Source: Candidatus Eiseniibacteriota bacterium
GTDB taxonomy: Bacteria > Eisenbacteria > RBG-16-71-46
Reading direction: 5' to 3'
Assembly (NCBI GenBank): GCA_963744995.1
Contig: CAVUWA010000003.1
Span: forward strand, 64,001 to 128,000
DNA length: 64,000 nucleotides
A model generated the notes under the pieces. It did no database searches. It was not told the DNA's origin and saw nothing but the letters and a program-made list of their open reading frames with translations. Position numbers and translations under genes: made by a program. Shown in pieces: positions 38,766 through 48,185 of the stretch (position 1 is the stretch's first letter; the number at the start of each line of letters is the position of its first letter).

Positions 38766-39557
38766 ATGTCGCCACTGCACGCTGCGCTGCTCGGTGCGAT
38801 CCAGGGCATCACGGAGTTCCTGCCGATTTCGAGCAGCGCCCACCTCTTCGTCGTGCCCACGCTCTTCGGCTGGCCGTACGCAGGGGTCGAATTCGACGTC
38901 GCGCTGCACTGGGGCACCCTCTTCGCCCTGCTGATCGCGTTCTGGCGCGACTGGTGGGAACTGGTTCGGCGACTGTTCGACCCGGAAGACCGCGTGCGTC
39001 GCGAAACGCTCGGCATCTGGGTGCGGCTCGCCGCGGCCTCGGTGCCGGCCGCGATCGTGGGCGTGTTCCTCCAAGGCTCGGCCGAGGCCCATCTGCGCGC
39101 GCTGCCGATCCAGGCCGCGATGCTGGCGATCTTCGGCTTCCTGCTCTGGTGGGTGGACCGTTTCCGTCCCAGCGGCGCGAAGTCGTTCGTGCCCGGCTGG
39201 GGCGCGTGCATGCTGATCGGCGCGGCGCAGGCGCTCGCGCTGGTGCCGGGGGTCTCGCGCTCCGGCGTGACGATCACCGCCGGGCGCGCGGCGGGTCTCG
39301 ACCGCCTGTCGTCGACGCGCTTCTCGTTCCTGCTCGGCACGCCGATCATGATCGGCGCCGGGCTGCTCGAGCTGCGGCACGCGCCGCCCGGAATCTTCAC
39401 CCCCGTCGTCGGCCTCGGCGTGCTGACCTCGGCCGCGTTCGGACTCCTCGCCATCCGTGGCCTCATTCGCTGGGTGTCCCGCGCCGGCTTCGGCGCGTTC
39501 TTCGGCTACCGTGTGGCGCTGGCCGCGGTGCTCCTGTTCGCGTTCGCCTCACACTGA
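38766..39557 (+). CDS. uppP: Undecaprenyl-diphosphate phosphatase
   Basis: QGITEFLPISSSAH, HWGT, ALVPGVSRSG.T, RFSFLL. Confidence 0.95.
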   Translation: MSPLHAALLGAIQGITEFLPISSSAHLFVVPTLFGWPYAGVEFDVALHWGTLFALLIAFWRDWWELVRRLFDPEDRVRRETLGIWVRLAAASVPAAIVGVFLQGSAEAHLRALPIQAAMLAIFGFLLWWVDRFRPSGAKSFVPGWGACMLIGAAQALALVPGVSRSGVTITAGRAAGLDRLSSTRFSFLLGTPIMIGAGLLELRHAPPGIFTPVVGLGVLTSAAFGLLAIRGLIRWVSRAGFGAFFGYRVALAAVLLFAFASH

Positions 39558-39582
39558 CATCGGCGCGGCGGCGCGCCGTGCG

Positions 39583-40245
39583 CTATTTCGAGCGTTCCTT
39601 GCGCGTGAGACGGTCGCGGAAGTAGCGGTCGAGCCAGTCGCGCAGCGAGCGGCGCGCGCGATGCAGGCGGGACTTCACCGCCGCCACCGTCAGGCCGAGC
39701 ACCTCGGCCACTTCGGCGTTCGACATGTCCTGCACGTCGCGCAGCACGAACACGGTGCGCAGCTCCTCGGGGAGCCGCTGGATGCCCTCGGCCATCACCT
39801 CGCGCGTTTCCGTGTCGAGCAGGTCCTGCGCCGGTTGCTGGCTCCAGTCCGGCAGCTGCATGGTCTCGGAGTTCTCGTTGGCGCTCTGCGACTGCTCGAG
39901 CGAGATGTGCCCGTCGCGGCGCTTGCGGTACTTCATGAGGCTCGCATTGGTCGCGATCCGGTAGAGCCAGGTCGAGAACGTGGATTCGGCCTTGAAGTTC
40001 TTGAGCCCGCGGAACGCCGAAAGGAACGCATCCTGCAGCGCCTCGGAGGCGTCGTCCTCGTGGCGCAGGATCTTGAAGCACAGGCGGTAGACCTTGTCCT
40101 GGTAGCGCCGGACCAGCTCGTCGAAGCCACGCGTGTCCCCGGCCTGCGCGAGCTTCACGAGCTCGGCGTCGGGCAGCGCGTTGACTTCCCGCGACGGCAT
40201 CGCCACCGGGTCCGCTTTCGCCTGATCCGCCTTCCGGCCCGTCAT
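39583..40245 (-). CDS. ECF RNA polymerase sigma factor
   Basis: FDELVRRYQ, QDAFL, FSTWLYRIATN, VFVLRD, VKSRLHRAR. Confidence 0.93.
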   Translation of the reverse strand: MTGRKADQAKADPVAMPSREVNALPDAELVKLAQAGDTRGFDELVRRYQDKVYRLCFKILRHEDDASEALQDAFLSAFRGLKNFKAESTFSTWLYRIATNASLMKYRKRRDGHISLEQSQSANENSETMQLPDWSQQPAQDLLDTETREVMAEGIQRLPEELRTVFVLRDVQDMSNAEVAEVLGLTVAAVKSRLHRARRSLRDWLDRYFRDRLTRKERSK

Positions 40246-41873
40246 GCGCCCTCCACACCGACCGCGTCCCGTTGGGGCATGCCGGCATTCGATCCGCGTT
40301 CGTAGACGACTCGACCGTCGATGATGGTGGACCGGGCCGCCGCGCCGCGCAAGCCCTCGACGCCCGCCGCGTGCAGATCGCGATCCCATACCACCAGGTC
40401 CGCACGCGCCCCCGGGCCGAGCCGCCCGAGCCGGGGCCAGGCGCCCGCGAGCCGCGCCGGCGCGGCCGTGAATGCGCCGAGTGCCTGATCGAGCGACACC
40501 CGCTCCGCCGGGGTCCAGCCGCCCTCCGGCGTGCCGTCGGCGCGCGTACGAGCGAGCGCGGCGACGAGCGCCGCGTCCACGTCGGGCGCTTCGATCGGCG
40601 CGTCGGACCCGAACGCGACGAGCGCGCCGGCGTCGAACAACGTCCTCCACGGATAGGCGTGGCCCAGGCGCGAGCCCCACCACTGCTCCGCCGCGTCGAT
40701 GTCGGTCACGCAGTGGCTCGGCTGCACACTCGCGGCCACGCCCAGGGCGGCGAAGCGGCCGCGGTCGGCCGGGTCGAGGAGCTGCACGTGTTCGATGCGG
40801 GGCGGCAGCGGCACACGAGGCCCGCCCCCCGCGCCTTCGAAGGCGTCGAGCGCGGAGCGCACGGCGCGATCGCCGATCGCATGCACCGCGACCGACAGCC
40901 CGCCCGCGAACGCGCGCGCGACCAGCCGCGCCAGTTCGTCCGGCGCGATCAGGTCCATCCCCGCGTCGGTGGTGCCGTCGTACGGCGCGAGCAACGCGGC
41001 GGTGCGCGATCCCAGCGTGCCGTCGGCGAACAATTTCACGTGACCGACCCGGAACCAGTCGTCGCCGATCCCGCTCTCGAGCCCCGTGGCGAGCGCGGCG
41101 TCGAGCCCCGCATGCGTGAGATGCATCAGCACGCGCACGCGCGGGCCAGAGCCGTGCGCCATCGCACGCAGCGCGCGAAACGCCTCTGCGCCTTCGAAGT
41201 CCTGCACCGCCGTGATGCCGAGCGCGTGCAGCCGTCGCGCCGCGCGCGCCAGCACCGCGCCGGCCCGTTCGCGCGCCGCCGAGCGCTCGAGCGCAGCGGT
41301 GAGACGCACGGCGTTCTCGCGCAGGATCCCGGTCGGTGCGCCGGTCGCGTCGCGCTCGATGCGGCCGCCTTCCGGGTCACGGGTCTTCGCGTCCACACCG
41401 GCAGCGGACAATGCGGCGCCGTTCGCCCACAGCGAATGATGGTCATGGGCGTGCAGCAGCACCGGACGTTCGCCGGTCACCGCGTCGAGCACCCGCGAAG
41501 GCGGCGCGGGCCAGCCGTGATCGTTCCAGCCGTGGCCGACCACGACGCCGTCGCCCGGATGCGCCGCGAGATGGGCCCGGACGGCATCGAGCACGGCTTC
41601 CGCACGATGCGCCCCGCCGAGGTCGAGTTCGGCGCGTGCGTGCGCCCAGCCGAGCAGGTGAACGTGCGCGTCGCAGAGACCCGGGGTCACCGTCGCGCCG
41701 CCCGCATCGATCCGGTGCGTCGCGGGGCCGGCGGCCGATTCGAGATCCGCGCCCGCACCGATGGCGGCAATGGTTCCGTCGCGGAGCCCGATCGCGTCGG
41801 CGCCGGCGGGGCACCCGTCCGCGGACCAGAGCCGGGCCCCGGTCACGAGGACATCGAGGGCGGGCGATGGCAT
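40242..41873 (-). CDS. YtcJ-like amidohydrolase 3
   Basis: PGLCDAHVH, HSLWAN, GILRE.A, KLFADGTLGSRTA, VHAIGD, RIEHVQ, FGSDAP; AAGGAG RBS. Only the C-terminal part of the listed 1196-aa ORF is the gene. Confidence 0.92.
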   Translation of the reverse strand: MPSPALDVLVTGARLWSADGCPAGADAIGLRDGTIAAIGAGADLESAAGPATHRIDAGGATVTPGLCDAHVHLLGWAHARAELDLGGAHRAEAVLDAVRAHLAAHPGDGVVVGHGWNDHGWPAPPSRVLDAVTGERPVLLHAHDHHSLWANGAALSAAGVDAKTRDPEGGRIERDATGAPTGILRENAVRLTAALERSAARERAGAVLARAARRLHALGITAVQDFEGAEAFRALRAMAHGSGPRVRVLMHLTHAGLDAALATGLESGIGDDWFRVGHVKLFADGTLGSRTAALLAPYDGTTDAGMDLIAPDELARLVARAFAGGLSVAVHAIGDRAVRSALDAFEGAGGGPRVPLPPRIEHVQLLDPADRGRFAALGVAASVQPSHCVTDIDAAEQWWGSRLGHAYPWRTLFDAGALVAFGSDAPIEAPDVDAALVAALARTRADGTPEGGWTPAERVSLDQALGAFTAAPARLAGAWPRLGRLGPGARADLVVWDRDLHAAGVEGLRGAAARSTIIDGRVVYERGSNAGMPQRDAVGVEGA

Positions 41874-41923
41874 GCGGCGCTGGGGCTCCTTTCCGGTGGC
41901 GTGGCTGGCTGGAGGGTCGGCGA

Positions 41924-41952
41924 AAGGTAGCGACCGGTGGGCGTGTTGTCCA
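41924..41952 (-). promoter_or_regulatory. Sigma70-type promoter for the amidohydrolase-ECF operon
   Basis: TGGACA-N17-TACCTT. Confidence 0.5.
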
Positions 41953-42075
41953 TCCGCCGGAGCGCGAAGGCGGCGCCCTCCACGGGCAGGCCCGGGACAG
42001 CGGTTCGAGGGGGTCCCGCCCGTTTCCCGGCGGCCGGCGGCTCGGGCCGCACGCAGGGGGCGGCGGCCGCGGGGC

Positions 42076-42208
42076 AAAAAAAGAGGAGGCTCCCCGACAC
42101 ACTCGTGAGACGACCGCCAGCCACCGGTTGCGATGTCTGGACGCAGCGCCAAATGGGCGGCGGCGACCGTCGAAGCACGGAATCGGTCAGGCAACCTCGC
42201 TCCGCTGC
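42076..42208 (-). ncRNA. Candidate structured small RNA (long rod-like hairpin, ~130 nt), family not identified
   Basis: Nested stems 42186-42202/42083-42098 and 42156-42171/42109-42125 with at least five G-U pairs only on the minus strand; U7 tract at 42076-42082; upstream promoter. Confidence 0.65.
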
Positions 42209-42213
42209 CCGCG

Positions 42214-42242
42214 AGTTTTACGGGGACGAAACATCGGGTCAA
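42214..42242 (-). promoter_or_regulatory. Sigma70-type promoter of the candidate ncRNA
   Basis: TTGACC-N16-TAAAACT, preceded by a T6 tract (UP-element-like) at 42245-42250. Confidence 0.6.
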
Positions 42243-42355
42243 GTAAAAAACGGCAAAGGGCGCCCGCGAAACCGCGAATTTAACCGGATCCAGCTCCGAA
42301 CGGGCGATCGGCTCCATCGAACCCGGCCGCCGTGCGACCGGGACTTCGGGCGCCG

Positions 42356-42385
42356 TTGACGCTCGGTTCGCCGCTCTGCTAGCGT
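42356..42385 (+). promoter_or_regulatory. Sigma70-type promoter with extended -10
   Basis: TTGACG-N18-TAGCGT with a TG extension. Confidence 0.65.
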
Positions 42386-42395
42386 GCTGCGCCTC

Positions 42396-43739
42396 ATGGC
42401 CAGACGAAAGGCACCCCGTGCGCACCCGCGCTCCCGTGTGGCGAGCGCCCTGCTTCAGAAGATCGAGAAACGCACCGCTCATCTGGCCGTGATCGGCGCC
42501 GGTTACGTCGGACTCCCCCTCGCGGTCGAACTGGCCAAGGCCGGCTTCCGCGTCCACTGCATCGACGTGGACGAGCGGCGCGTGAAACAACTGGCGCGCG
42601 GGCGCTCGTACATCCAGGACGTCCCCACCGCCGACGTCCGCGAGCTGGTGCGGGCCGGCAAGCTGCTGCCCACGACCGACTTCAGCGTGCTCAAGAAGGC
42701 GGACGCCGTGAACGTCTGCGTCCCGACCCCGCTCTCCAAGCAGCGTGACCCGGACGTGTCGTACATCGTCGCGGCCGCGCAGCAGGTCGCGAAGCACCTG
42801 CATCCCGGCATGCTGGTGATCCTCGAGAGCACCACCTATCCGGGCACGACCGACGAGTTGATCCTGCCGCTCCTCAAGGAGACCGGCATGGAGGTCGGCA
42901 AGGACTTCTTCCTCGCGTTCTCGCCCGAGCGCGTCGACCCGGGCAACGCGACGCACACCACCCGCACTATTCCCAAGGTGGTGGGCGGCGTCACGCCGGT
43001 CTGCACCGAGGTCGCGGTGGCGCTCTATTCGCAGCGGCTCGACACGGTCGTCCCGGTCTCCTCGCCGCAGGTCGCCGAGATGGTCAAGCTGCTCGAAAAC
43101 ACGTTCCGCAGCGTGAACATCGGCCTCGTGAACGAGATGGCGATGATGTGCAACCGCCTGAAGATCGACGTGTGGGAAGTGATCGAGGCGGCGAGCACCA
43201 AGCCGTTCGGCTTCATGCCGTTCTACCCGGGTCCCGGACTCGGCGGGCACTGCATTCCCATCGACCCGTTCTATCTGTCGTGGAAGGCCCGCGCGAGCGG
43301 ATTCGAAGCGCGCTTCATCGAGCTGGCGGGCTACATCAACGGCCAGATGCCCGACCACGTCGTGAACCACGTCGCGTTCGCGCTCAACCGGCTCGGGCTG
43401 GCGACACGCGGTTCGCGCGTCCTCGTGCTGGGCGTCGCGTACAAGGCCGATATCGACGACACCCGTGAGAGCCCCGCCCTGGACATCATGGAGACGCTGC
43501 GCGAGCGCGGAGCGCGGATCGAATACAGCGATCCCCACGTCCCCTCGCTCGAGTTCGGCGGCCGCCGGCTGAAGAGTGTTCCGCTCACCCCGGCGCGGCT
43601 CAAGCGCTTCGACTGCGTCGTGATCGCCACCGCCCACAAGAAGTTCCCCTACGGTGCGGTGGTGCGCCATGCGCGCTCGATCGTCGACACCCGCAACGCG
43701 CTCAAGGGCAGGACCTCGAAGAAGATCGTGCGCCTGTAG
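42396..43739 (+). CDS. Nucleotide-sugar (UDP-GlcNAc/UDP-glucose) 6-dehydrogenase, WbpA/WecC type
   Basis: GAGYVGLP, CVPTP, ESTTYPGTT, FSPERVDPGN, KLLENTFR, GGHCIPIDP, AYK..IDD.RESP. Confidence 0.95.
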   Translation: MARRKAPRAHPRSRVASALLQKIEKRTAHLAVIGAGYVGLPLAVELAKAGFRVHCIDVDERRVKQLARGRSYIQDVPTADVRELVRAGKLLPTTDFSVLKKADAVNVCVPTPLSKQRDPDVSYIVAAAQQVAKHLHPGMLVILESTTYPGTTDELILPLLKETGMEVGKDFFLAFSPERVDPGNATHTTRTIPKVVGGVTPVCTEVAVALYSQRLDTVVPVSSPQVAEMVKLLENTFRSVNIGLVNEMAMMCNRLKIDVWEVIEAASTKPFGFMPFYPGPGLGGHCIPIDPFYLSWKARASGFEARFIELAGYINGQMPDHVVNHVAFALNRLGLATRGSRVLVLGVAYKADIDDTRESPALDIMETLRERGARIEYSDPHVPSLEFGGRRLKSVPLTPARLKRFDCVVIATAHKKFPYGAVVRHARSIVDTRNALKGRTSKKIVRL

Positions 43740-43764
43740 CGACGGAGTCGTCCCGCGCCCCGCT

Positions 43765-45318
43765 TCATGTCGCCCCCGACACACTCGCCGCGGAACCAGC
43801 CGGCGCCGCGCGGCCGGCCCGCAGCACCGCACTCCTCAGGCTGGAGCGGAACGAGGACCAGCCGACACCGGCGAACCCCGCGACCAGGAGCAGGATGAAC
43901 GGGATGGCCCGATACTCCCGCGTCGCCCAGGCGAATGCAGTGAGAGCGGTGAAGTAGACCGCCAGCAGGAGCTCGGTGCGCCCTGCCAGCCGCGTGGTCG
44001 AGGCGTAGGGCGCGAGCGTTTCGCCCGCCTCGCTGCCCGCCTTGGGCGTGCGCTCCCAGTGCCCGATCCGCGATCCCAGACCCTCGAAGACGGCGCGCGC
44101 ATTGTTGACCGAGAGACCGACTCCAATCACCAGCGCCGTGACGACGTGAGCCCACAGCCGCGGTCCCCTCTCCCCTGCCGCGCGCTGACCTGCGGCGAGG
44201 AAGATGGTGACCGGGACCACGCCGAGCAGGACCACGCCCGCCTGCAGCGTCCAGACCAGCGCGGGCGAAGCCGCCGACGTGCCGAGCAGGACCGGCAGCA
44301 GCAGCAGCGCGAGCGCGAGCAGCAGCGGATAGGTGAAGTTGCTGGTCAGGTGGAACCACGCTTCCAGCTTGACGCCGAGCGGCAGCGGGCGGCGCCACAG
44401 GCCCGGCAGGAGCTTGCGCGCGGTCTGGATCGAGCCTTTGGCCCAGCGGCGCTGCTGGGACTTGAGCGCCTCGATGTCGGCCGGCAGCTCCGCGGGCGAC
44501 TCGACCGCGGGGTCGAAGACGAACGCCCACCCGGCGAGCTGCGCCCGGTAGCTGAGATCGAGGTCCTCGGTCAGCGTGTCGTGCGACCAGCCTCCGGCGT
44601 CCTCGATGCAGCGCCGCCGCCAGATGCCGGCGGTCCCGTTGAAGTTGAAGAACAGCCCGCGCTCCATGCGCGTCACGTGCTCGAGCAGGAAGTGCGAGTC
44701 CAGCATCACCGCCTGGGCCGCGGTGAGCGCCGAAGCGCGGCGGTTCAGGTGCCCCCAGCGCGCCTGCACCATCCCGACGCGCGGGTCACCGAAGTGCGGG
44801 ACCAGCCGGGTGAGGAAATCCGGCGCCGGGACGAAGTCCGCGTCGAACACCGCCACCAGCTCCGCCTCCGTGGCCTGCAGCCCGGCGTCGAGCGCACCGG
44901 CCTTGTACCCGGCGCGATCGTCGCGGGCGAGCAGACGGATCGGCACTCCGCGGGCGGCATGCCGCGCGACCGCCGCCGCCGCGATCTCGCGGGTCTCGTC
45001 GGTGGAGTCGTCGAGCACCTGGATGTCGAGCCGGGCGGGCGGGTAGTCGAGTGCCGCGGCCGCGTCGATCAGGCGGGCGATCACCCGGCGCTCGTTGTAG
45101 ACGGGCAGCTGCACGGCGACCCGGGGCCATCGGGCCGGCGGCGCCGGCACGGGGGGCGGCGCTCGCCGTCTGCGCCAGCGCCAGAGCGTGAGGTAGCGGT
45201 GCGAGGAATAGACGACGATCAGCGCCTGGGCCAGGACGTAGATCGCCAGCACCAGCGCCTGGAGCCACGACAGCGCGAAGGACGCCAGAGACGTCCCGGT
45301 ATGAATGGCGGGGATCAA
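43765..45318 (-). CDS. Family 2 glycosyltransferase (cellulose-synthase-like, membrane)
   Basis: QLPVYNE, LDDS, GYKAGAL, FDADF, TED, QQRRW (D,D,D,QxxRW), RTPK. Confidence 0.93.
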   Translation of the reverse strand: MIPAIHTGTSLASFALSWLQALVLAIYVLAQALIVVYSSHRYLTLWRWRRRRAPPPVPAPPARWPRVAVQLPVYNERRVIARLIDAAAALDYPPARLDIQVLDDSTDETREIAAAAVARHAARGVPIRLLARDDRAGYKAGALDAGLQATEAELVAVFDADFVPAPDFLTRLVPHFGDPRVGMVQARWGHLNRRASALTAAQAVMLDSHFLLEHVTRMERGLFFNFNGTAGIWRRRCIEDAGGWSHDTLTEDLDLSYRAQLAGWAFVFDPAVESPAELPADIEALKSQQRRWAKGSIQTARKLLPGLWRRPLPLGVKLEAWFHLTSNFTYPLLLALALLLLPVLLGTSAASPALVWTLQAGVVLLGVVPVTIFLAAGQRAAGERGPRLWAHVVTALVIGVGLSVNNARAVFEGLGSRIGHWERTPKAGSEAGETLAPYASTTRLAGRTELLLAVYFTALTAFAWATREYRAIPFILLLVAGFAGVGWSSFRSSLRSAVLRAGRAAPAGSAASVSGAT

Positions 45319-45325
45319 GACCGTC

Positions 45326-45355
45326 AATCTAGGGTCCGCGTTTCGAGGGCGTCAA
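45326..45355 (-). promoter_or_regulatory. Sigma70-type promoter for the GT2 gene
   Basis: TTGACG-N18-TAGATT, 7 nt before an in-frame TTG at 45318. Confidence 0.6.
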
Positions 45356-45424
45356 GGGCAGCGCGAGCAAGCGAACGGCGGCAGGAGCAGTACTCCCGCC
45401 GCCGTCGCATGTGACGGATTTCGC

Positions 45425-47356
45425 CTAGTTCATCACTTCGAAATCGGCGTCAACGGCTCCGTCCCCGCCGCTCTTCTTCTTCTTCTCCCCGTCGCCCTCC
45501 GCCGCCCCTTCGGCCGCCGGTCCCGCTTCCGGGCCGGGCGCGCCGCCGGCGGGCGGGGCGGTGTTCTGGTAGAGCGCCGCCGCCGCCTGGTGCCAGGCCT
45601 GCTCGAGACCCTGCGTGGCCGACGTGATCGCCGCCGTATCCGTGCCCTTCAGCGCCTCGCGCAGCGCGGTGATCTTGCCCTCGACGTCGGCCTTCACGCC
45701 GGCCTCGATCTTTTCACCGTGCTCCTTGAGGTTCTTCTCGACCTCGTAGGCCATGTGGTCGCCGCGGTTGCGCGCCTCGACGGCCTCCTTACGCTGCTTG
45801 TCCTCGCCCGCATGCGACTCGGCGTCGCGCACCATGCGCTGGATCTCGTCCTCGGCGATGCCGCTCGAGGCTTCGATCCGGATGCTCTGCTCCTTGCCCG
45901 TGGCGCGGTCCTTCGCCGACACGTGCAGGATGCCGTTGGCGTCGATGTCGAAGGTGACCTCGACCTGCGGCATGCCGCGCGGCGCGGGCGGGATGCCGTC
46001 CAGGTGGAACCGGCCGATCGTCTTGTTGTCGCCGGCCATCGGACGCTCGCCCTGCAGGACGTGCACTTCGACCGTGGTCTGATTGTCCGACGCGGTCGAG
46101 AACACCTCGCTCTTCTTGGTCGGCACCGTCGTATTCCGCTGAATCAGCGGCGTCATGACGCCGCCCAGCGTCTCGATGCCGAGCGACAGCGGGGTGACGT
46201 CCAGCAGCACCACGTCGCGCACGTCGCCCGCCAGCACCGCGCCCTGGATGGCCGCACCGATCGCGACGACCTCGTCCGGGTTCACGCCCTTGTGCGGATC
46301 CTTGCCGAAGATCTCCTTGACCAGCGCCTGCACCCGCGGCATGCGCGTGGCGCCGCCGACGAGCACGACCTCGTCGATCTGGCTCGCCGAGATCCCGGCG
46401 TCCTTGAGCGCACTCATCACCGGGCCGCGGCAGCGCTCGACGAGATCCGTGACGAGCTGCTCGAGCGTCGCACGGGTCACGCGGATGTTGAGATGCTTCG
46501 GGCCGTTCTGGTCCGCCGTGATGAACGGCAGGTTGACGTCAGTCTCGAGCGTCCCCGACAACTCGCACTTGGCCTTCTCCGCAGCCTCCTTCAGCCGCTG
46601 CAGCGCCATCGGGTCCTTGCGCAGGTCGATGCCTTCCTGCTTCTTGAACTGCTCGGCCAGCCAGTCGATGAGCTTCTGGTCGAAGTCGTCGCCGCCGAGA
46701 TGGGTGTCGCCGTTGGTGGACTTGACTTCGAAGACGCCGTCGCCGATCTCGAGGATCGAGATGTCGAACGTGCCGCCACCGAGGTCGAACACGGCGATCT
46801 TCTCGTCCTTCTTCTTGTCGAGCCCGTAGGCCAGCGCGGCCGCCGTCGGCTCGTTGACGATGCGCTTCACGTCGAGGCCCGCGACGCGGCCGGCGTCCTT
46901 GGTCGCCTGCCGCTGGCTGTCGTTGAAATAAGCCGGCACGGTGACCACCGCCTCGGTGACCTTTTCGCCCAGGTACTCCTCGGCCGTCTGCCGCATCTTC
47001 TGCAGGATCATGGCCGAGATCTCGGGCGGCGAGTACTCCTTGTCACCGGCCTTCACGCGCGCATCGCCGCTGCTGCCCCGCACGACCTCGTACGGTACGA
47101 GCTTGATCTCGCTTCCGACCTCGTCGTACTGGCGGCCCATGAAGCGCTTGATCGAATACACCGTGTTCTTCGGGTTGGTCACCGCCTGCCGGCGGGCGAC
47201 CAGCCCGACCAGTCGCTCTCCGCTCTTGGAGAACGCCACCACGGAAGGCGTCGTGCGGAAGCCTTCTGCGTTCGAGATCACCTTGGGCTCACCGCCCTCC
47301 ATGACCGCGACGCACGAATTCGTGGTGCCCAGATCGATTCCGATGACCTTCCCCAT
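45425..47356 (-). CDS. dnaK: Chaperone DnaK
   Basis: [51 protein letters not shown]. Confidence 0.99.
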   Translation of the reverse strand: MGKVIGIDLGTTNSCVAVMEGGEPKVISNAEGFRTTPSVVAFSKSGERLVGLVARRQAVTNPKNTVYSIKRFMGRQYDEVGSEIKLVPYEVVRGSSGDARVKAGDKEYSPPEISAMILQKMRQTAEEYLGEKVTEAVVTVPAYFNDSQRQATKDAGRVAGLDVKRIVNEPTAAALAYGLDKKKDEKIAVFDLGGGTFDISILEIGDGVFEVKSTNGDTHLGGDDFDQKLIDWLAEQFKKQEGIDLRKDPMALQRLKEAAEKAKCELSGTLETDVNLPFITADQNGPKHLNIRVTRATLEQLVTDLVERCRGPVMSALKDAGISASQIDEVVLVGGATRMPRVQALVKEIFGKDPHKGVNPDEVVAIGAAIQGAVLAGDVRDVVLLDVTPLSLGIETLGGVMTPLIQRNTTVPTKKSEVFSTASDNQTTVEVHVLQGERPMAGDNKTIGRFHLDGIPPAPRGMPQVEVTFDIDANGILHVSAKDRATGKEQSIRIEASSGIAEDEIQRMVRDAESHAGEDKQRKEAVEARNRGDHMAYEVEKNLKEHGEKIEAGVKADVEGKITALREALKGTDTAAITSATQGLEQAWHQAAAALYQNTAPPAGGAPGPEAGPAAEGAAEGDGEKKKKSGGDGAVDADFEVMN

Positions 47357-47455
47357 GTGCCTCACCTTTCTTTGCGTTGAATGGAACGGGGCGCGCCGGA
47401 CCGGTTCATCCGGCCCGGCGGCGGCGCCCGTCGAATGACTCGCGACGCGGCGGAA

Positions 47456-47908
47456 TTACGAGGTCTGCACCTCGATCTCGCGCACCCGCGCCTCCTCGGC
47501 CTTGGGCACGTGGACCTCCAGCACGCCGTCGTGATACGACGCCTTGACCTTCTCGCTGCGCACCGGCGCGTCGAGCGTGATCGTCCGTTCGAACGAACCG
47601 TAGGTACGCTCGGTGCGGCGGACGCTGCCCTCCTTCGAGGCCAGCTCGTTCCTGCGCTCGCCACGGATCGTCAGGGTCTCGCCCATCAGGCTGACCTTCA
47701 CGTCCTTCTGGCTCATGCCCGGAATGTCCATACGCACGATGAACTCCTCCGAGTTCTCCTCCACGTCCAGCGCCGGACGGAAGCTCGCCTCCCAGCCCGT
47801 GCGCGGGGCCGGCGCCCCGAAGAAGCTGTCGAACACGCGGTTCATTTCGTCCTGAACGCCCACGAGATCGCGGGCCGAACCCAGCGGATTCCAGCGGACC
47901 AGTGTCAT
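47456..47908 (-). CDS. Hsp20/alpha-crystallin small heat shock protein
   Basis: MTLVRWNP, PALDV, DIPGM, LTIRGER, ER.YGSFER, ASYHDGVLEV; AAAGGAG RBS. Confidence 0.96.
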   Translation of the reverse strand: MTLVRWNPLGSARDLVGVQDEMNRVFDSFFGAPAPRTGWEASFRPALDVEENSEEFIVRMDIPGMSQKDVKVSLMGETLTIRGERRNELASKEGSVRRTERTYGSFERTITLDAPVRSEKVKASYHDGVLEVHVPKAEEARVREIEVQTS

Positions 47909-47984
47909 GATGAACTCTCCTTTCAGTGAGCGAAGTACCCGGGCGTTGAGCCGCGGGCTTCGAATGGTCTTCGCCCCTGTGCTT

Positions 47985-48000
47985 TGCAGCCCACGTGCCA
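47985..48000 (-). promoter_or_regulatory. Putative sigma54 promoter for hsp20-dnaK
   Basis: TGGCACGTGGGCTGCA versus consensus TGGCACG-N4-TTGCW. Confidence 0.65.
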
Positions 48001-48185
48001 TTCCGGTTCGAGCCGACAACTAATTGCGGCTCAATTGATTACACCATTGACCCAGGACCGCGCCACCGTTCGCTGGAGAAACGCAGTCCGGATCTGGAAC
48101 GGTGAGCGTCCCATCCTGGAACGCCGGCGGCTTCACGGACCCGCCGTTCGATTCCGCACGGCGCGTCTGCTAGCGTGCGCCCCCG

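Noticed and set aside
42076..42208. SRP RNA, tRNA-Sec or riboswitch identity for the structured RNA
   Set aside because: No SRP domain IV motif, no T-loop or CCA, and no aptamer I recognise; the downstream gene has a separate promoter-like site.
41874..43832. N-terminal 653 aa of the 1196-aa ORF, suggesting a giant fusion
   Set aside because: It is antisense to the dehydrogenase and crosses the intergenic region. The amidohydrolase has its own RBS and ATG at 41873.
45305..47380. 691-aa plus-strand ORF antisense to dnaK
   Set aside because: This is the well-known shadow frame opposite dnaK in GC-rich genomes, caused by codon bias; it has no independent motifs.
47909..47975. RNA thermometer (ROSE or fourU) in the hsp20 5' UTR
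   Set aside because: Only a very short stem could cover the Shine-Dalgarno, and no U(U/C)GCU or UUUU anti-SD motif is present.
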